From contig JAAXGV010000128.1 in the NCBI GenBank assembly GCA_012271185.1, forward strand, positions 1 through 41,188: DNA of 41,188 nt, read 5' to 3'. Positions 37,835 through 41,188 of the stretch are shown here, one piece after another. The notes under the pieces are model-generated. The model was not told the origin of the DNA. It worked only from the letters and a program-made list of their open reading frames with translations, and did not search any database. The position numbers were made by a program, and so were the translations under genes. The stretch is from Rhodothermales bacterium. Lineage in GTDB: Bacteria; Bacteroidota; Rhodothermia; Rhodothermales; Bin80. How positions within the stretch are numbered: the stretch's first letter is position 1; the number at the start of each line of letters is the position of its first letter.

Positions 37835-39370
37835 CTACTGCATGGGTGGGTACAGAGGCAAACGTTCGACACGGTGAAAAGTGATACCGTACTGAGCCCC
37901 TGGCGCACGAATTGAGGCCTCGAACACGACTTCTCGGCTTTGGACGTCGATTTCCACGATGCGACCCACCGGGGAAGGATCAAAAACAGCCCCTGGCATG
38001 AAGACGATATTGTCTTCCACCGGGTGGTAGTCTACATCGGACACTATGGCCGAATATGTGGCATTGCCGCGCTCCTCACCGTATTCCCAGACCTGCTGAA
38101 CCGTCAGGTTGTCTTCGTCAATACGATACACCACAGCACGGCTGTAGCGGGGTCCGCCGGTAAAGTGGCGGTTCTCACCATTGTCAAAAATCAGAACGTC
38201 ACCATTGGGCAGGAGCTCCGGTGCATGCTGGTACCATGGCCAGTCAAAGTCCGGATGCTTGCGGGTACCCTGCAGAACCTCCGGTTCGGTGATCTGCGCC
38301 CCGGCGGCATCCAGTGGTGTCAGCAGCCTGGTGGTGAGGTCCACGCCATTGCCGGCGATGCTCCAGTCCCGATGCGGTGCGAGTATCCACACCACTGTGT
38401 TATCGCGCGTCAGCTTCACTGTGCCTTGTACCCGTCCGCTCACGATGATCGCGTCACGGATCGCATCGTAAGCCAGTCCGTTGCCATGAAACCAGTCACG
38501 CGTGTTGGCAGACCAGGCAGTTCGGGTTTGGTCCAGTGACAAACGAAGGTCCCATTCCTGCACAATGGTTGCGGAGCTGCGGTCAATTTCAACGATATGG
38601 TCTTCAATGGTAGCCAGGCCATTCTTGGAAACGGTGGCCAGGAGATTGCCGTGAGGCGTCATCTCCAGGACATTGTGGTGAAATACATACCCTGGGATAG
38701 GCCACTGTCCGGTTACGTTTCCGAGCATATCAATGGCCGCTATGCGTCCGCTGCTGCCATCGCCGAAGTACAGGTCACCGTTGGCCAAACGCTCAACGCC
38801 GGCGTCATAGAAAAGGCTGCTCAGGAACTCGTGCTCGCCAAAGTCAGCGAACCATCGCACAGCGCCTTCGGAGTCGATGATCACGGGCGTCATAGGCAAA
38901 AACTTACCGGTAATGCCGAAGTAGCTCACCAGGTGCATGCCAGGCTTGTGTCCAGGCCTGTTGACTTCAACGGAGGTGGTAGGAAGGCCGGCAATGAGGG
39001 GGTCTGTGGTGATTGTCCGGCTGACTTCGCCCAGGTCTGCCCCGGATACGTCAAAGAATCGAAGCCTCACACTGTTATCTGTTGAGGCGTAGAGGCCCAG
39101 GATCGGCAGCACATGGGATGTTGAAACCTCCTCAAACCGGTTCGTCACGTCCCCCGCCTTGGAGTGGCGCCCAGGGATAAAGGCTTCTACCCGAACTGGC
39201 TGTGTCGTGGTGAGGTTTATTTCTGCGGCGAGCGGTACAAAGCCCGAAGGATTCAGACTGATGTCCAGGCGTTCCACGAGGGCCTCTCCGGAAGGCTCTG
39301 TGGGGTCGCTGTCACAAGCGGCAAGTGTGCACGCGATAGCCAAGGCCAGGCGTGCCAAGGGCTGATGCAT
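37835..39370 (-). CDS. Arylsulfotransferase (ASST)-family beta-propeller lipoprotein
   Basis: The probable start MHQPLARLALAIACTLAACDS at 39370 carries a lipobox. The blocks FHHNVLEMTPHGNLL, DWFHGNGLAYDAIRDAIIVSGRVQGTVKLT..VVWILAP and LLPNGDVLIFDNG are typical of PF05935-like proteins. Confidence 0.6.
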   Translation of the reverse strand: MHQPLARLALAIACTLAACDSDPTEPSGEALVERLDISLNPSGFVPLAAEINLTTTQPVRVEAFIPGRHSKAGDVTNRFEEVSTSHVLPILGLYASTDNSVRLRFFDVSGADLGEVSRTITTDPLIAGLPTTSVEVNRPGHKPGMHLVSYFGITGKFLPMTPVIIDSEGAVRWFADFGEHEFLSSLFYDAGVERLANGDLYFGDGSSGRIAAIDMLGNVTGQWPIPGYVFHHNVLEMTPHGNLLATVSKNGLATIEDHIVEIDRSSATIVQEWDLRLSLDQTRTAWSANTRDWFHGNGLAYDAIRDAIIVSGRVQGTVKLTRDNTVVWILAPHRDWSIAGNGVDLTTRLLTPLDAAGAQITEPEVLQGTRKHPDFDWPWYQHAPELLPNGDVLIFDNGENRHFTGGPRYSRAVVYRIDEDNLTVQQVWEYGEERGNATYSAIVSDVDYHPVEDNIVFMPGAVFDPSPVGRIVEIDVQSREVVFEASIRAPGAQYGITFHRVERLPLYPPMQ

Positions 39371-40136
39371 ACAGGAGCGTGGCGCCACGGTTCTGTTTCC
39401 CTTGGTCTCTGTCATTTGTGCTGCACGGGGCCTCATGCACAAGGTACGGACAAAAAGCGCGAGTCCCGATTGCAAGAGGTAAAGGGTCATCGCAGCGCAG
39501 ACTCCTCGGCAGGCAGTACGACGCAGACACTATGTCAGAGTTCTCTGCCGCCCCTTTTGGTGCCAGGAACGAAAAGAAGCTCAAATTTCGGTAGTGTCGC
39601 TGTTTTGCGCATCGCCTGAGATTTCTTGATAACCTGCCTGCAAGCGGTGGCCTCGTACTCACCGTGCTTGCTGTTGTGTTTTGCAGCAAAGCAGGGATGT
39701 AATCCCGCGTATAACCTGACTCACGAAAGGCGGATGATAGCCCTTCGCTTTCTGACGCCATCGAGGAGAACGTCGTCGGCTGGAGTGGTATGCTCTGCGG
39801 GCAAATGTCCGGGCCGGTCGTTGGAACCCGCCGGGCTGCCCATTCCAGGCGGGCGCGACAGTCCCGTGGTCTTCGTGAACAGCAGGGCTTAAGTGATGTG
39901 ATAGAGCCAGCGGGGCGTACGCATCGGAAGGCGATTCCCCCCGGGGTGACTTGATACAGCGCTGGGCTGAAGCCGACAAAGTTCCCCTGTGAGTCGGCTC
40001 CCATGTAACTGGCCATCCACCCCGGCTGCGAAATGAACACTATAGCCATCATTGGAAAGCGTGCTTTATATTTCAGGCCCGGGTTACCGGATCAGTAAGA
40101 AACGGAGCAGCTTCCTGGGAACTCCCACAACGGCAC

Positions 40137-40424
40137 ATGGAAATCCCTGATCCTCGCAAAGATGTTCCAATCAAGCCGGTCGGCCAATTCCTGACTGTGG
40201 CACCTGTAATGTTCTTCACGACCGTTATGTCGGTGATGATGTGTGCTCGTCTCGATCGGGCCCAGAAGGACCTCGGCCGGCTTTTCGAGGTGGTGGAGTG
40301 TGTCCGGGACCTCCTGGACACCGAAGACTACGGCCGGTTCGAGGCTGCGGTGGAAAAGATCGAGGAAATCCGGTCCGAATTCGAACACGCCCAGCGACGT
40401 GCCGGACAGGCTGGCGAAAATTGA
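40137..40424 (+). CDS. Hypothetical small protein: one TM helix plus an acidic amphipathic helix
   Basis: 95 aa. A hydrophobic segment VGQFLTVAPVMFFTTVMSVMMCA is followed by DRAQKDLGRLFEVVECVRDLLDTEDYGRFEAAVEKIEEIRSEFEHAQ. The sequence is clean and protein-like. No family recognised. Confidence 0.5.
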   Translation: MEIPDPRKDVPIKPVGQFLTVAPVMFFTTVMSVMMCARLDRAQKDLGRLFEVVECVRDLLDTEDYGRFEAAVEKIEEIRSEFEHAQRRAGQAGEN

Positions 40425-40965
40425 TCACGATGTGAGCGTGCTGCGTTCCAAGTACAGACTCCTGACGACTAGGAACGTTAAATCGGAGGACTGCGCGCGC
40501 GCAGCGGTGTCGGATCTCAACCGGTTCTTTCTGGCCAGTCTCTACGACATTCAGATCAACGTGCTCCAGAACGATCCTGAGGTCGTCGAGCCCCGCTTGT
40601 CACGGCTCCAGGAGAAGCGGGAACGGTACCGCGAGGAATTCCAGCAGGCCCTCGATGGCGACCCGGTCGGAGCTTACCACAGGGAGTTGAAGGGGGGATT
40701 GGCCAAGCCACGGCTGGCGCGACTGCTGCGTGTCTTGCCTCTTCCCTTTGATAGAAAACTGACCGCACAGGTGCAAAGGGTGCGGGTCATTCGGAACAAA
40801 TTCAGTGCGGGCCATAGGCGTGTCAGGCAATGGGTCAAAGTGCTTGAGGCTGCGATGGATGAGTCGGGGCGGGAGTCGGTGGTGTTTTATCGGGAGGCCG
40901 ATGGCGAGCGGACATTGCGGGCGTACTATACGAGGGAGGTTTGGGTGGAGGGGGATGATGCCTGA
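40399..40965 (+). CDS. Hypothetical helical protein with an R-x6-H (HEPN-like?) motif
   Basis: The frame of ORF 40243..40965 becomes protein-like only from about 40395, and GTG 40399 is a candidate start. The sequence reads DRLAKIDHDVSVLRSKYRLL...VQRVRVIRNKFSAGHRRVRQWVKVLEAAMDE...VVFYREADGERTLRAYYTREVWVEG. It overlaps the previous ORF by 26 nt. Alternatively both are one gene with a 1-nt indel. Confidence 0.45.
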   Translation: MPDRLAKIDHDVSVLRSKYRLLTTRNVKSEDCARAAVSDLNRFFLASLYDIQINVLQNDPEVVEPRLSRLQEKRERYREEFQQALDGDPVGAYHRELKGGLAKPRLARLLRVLPLPFDRKLTAQVQRVRVIRNKFSAGHRRVRQWVKVLEAAMDESGRESVVFYREADGERTLRAYYTREVWVEGDDA

Positions 40966-41078
40966 ACCACTCCCTGGCCAGAAAACCGGTGTCAGTACAC
41001 CAGCTGGCGCAGACCTTCCGCCAGTTTGTAATCCCAACTTTTCACTCAGAACCCTGTCAAACCACGGAGGAAATAATC

Positions 41079-41188
41079 ATGAAAGTGATCATCATCGGAG
41101 CATCCGGCAAGATTGGTCGTGAGGTCGTCAAGGCTGTATCCGCCAGCCATGAAGTGGTGCGAGTCGGTGTGACAAGCGGTGACGTGCA
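41079..41188 (+). CDS. Short-chain dehydrogenase/NAD(P)-binding Rossmann protein, 5' part only (runs off the window)
   Basis: MKVIIIGASGKIGREVVKAVSASHEVVRVGVTSGDV carries a GxxGxxG-type dinucleotide motif. A GGAGG Shine-Dalgarno sits 8 nt upstream of the ATG. Confidence 0.7.
   Translation, partial: MKVIIIGASGKIGREVVKAVSASHEVVRVGVTSGDV

Noticed and set aside
39971-39999. Hairpin whose minus-strand version starts GAGCCGAC...GUCGGCUUC, reminiscent of group II intron domain V
   Set aside because: The interior cannot form the upper helix with a GNRA loop and 2-nt bulge. No domain VI or 3' splice-site context is present.
39312-40052. 246-aa minus-strand ORF spanning the non-coding stretch
   Set aside because: Its composition is low-complexity and Cys/Ser/Arg/Pro-rich. 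It overlaps the 5' end of the arylsulfotransferase-like gene, and I recognise no motifs. I treat it as spurious, but the region is flagged as unexplained.
39801-40088. RNase P RNA-like P4 halves (AAATGTCCGGGCC at 39803-39815 and GGCCCGGGTTACC at 40076-40088, about 270 nt apart)
   Set aside because: The near-universal GGAAAGUCCGGGC core has an extra base here. None of the other conserved regions (GGUAAGAGC, AGCAAGGCCAAAUAGG, ACAGAACCCGGCUUA) is present.
1-41188. Searched by eye for CRISPR arrays, rRNA, tRNA and long direct or inverted repeats flanking islands
   Set aside because: I saw no regularly spaced short repeats, no rRNA-like conserved blocks and no complete tRNA cloverleaf. The only clear repeats are the intragenic HhH duplication and the M16 gene duplication. 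A computational scan (tRNAscan-SE, Infernal, a repeat finder) is still needed.

Overview
High-GC (about 60%) bacterial chromosomal window. The gene content has a Rhodothermota/Bacteroidota flavour (many lipoproteins, TonB, DUF4159, CRTAC1-like protein); that taxonomic placement is inference only. I support about 37 protein-coding genes plus several pseudogenes. By eye I found no rRNA, tRNA or CRISPR array.

Layout:
- 1-2.6 kb is an accessory scar. A frameshifted, truncated group II intron RT abuts an inverted, frameshifted IS5-family transposase fragment, followed by an orphan AAA+ (ExeA/TniB/ORC-like) ATPase.
- 2.7-9.0 kb is one long minus-strand array. It runs LTXXQ protein, ECF sigma, anti-sigma, LTXXQ protein, MacA-like adaptor, ABC ATPase, FtsX-type permease, a 4-TM protein and a secreted triple helix-hairpin-helix protein. 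Two ECF-type promoter candidates lie in it.
- 9.1-13.9 kb holds a phosphofructokinase with PPi-type signature residues, an orphan beta-barrel-like protein and an NfeD-flotillin pair.
- 14.0-14.7 kb is a decayed DUF4338 (DruA-family) gene. Its two halves seem to lie on opposite strands.
- 14.7-22.0 kb is a minus-strand operon of secreted hydrolases. It has two tandemly duplicated M16 peptidases (one without a signal peptide), a DJ-1/PfpI lipoprotein and a beta-lactamase-family gene broken by three frameshifts around its SxxK motif.
- 22.0-39.4 kb is mostly housekeeping: CRTAC1-like lipoprotein, TonB, DUF4159, glyA, a PRTase, tatC, an Nramp-fold transporter lacking the canonical metal site, korAB, apaG, a xylose-isomerase-like protein, DUF3500 and an arylsulfotransferase-like protein.
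- 39.4-41.0 kb is about 0.77 kb of unexplained non-coding DNA followed by an orphan pair of overlapping ORFs: a TM/coiled-coil protein and a helical protein with an R-x6-H motif.

My best candidates for something undescribed are this ORF pair and the orphan ATPase at the left edge. I could not recognise a complete, known or obviously novel multi-gene system. All family calls come from motif recognition by eye, not database searches.
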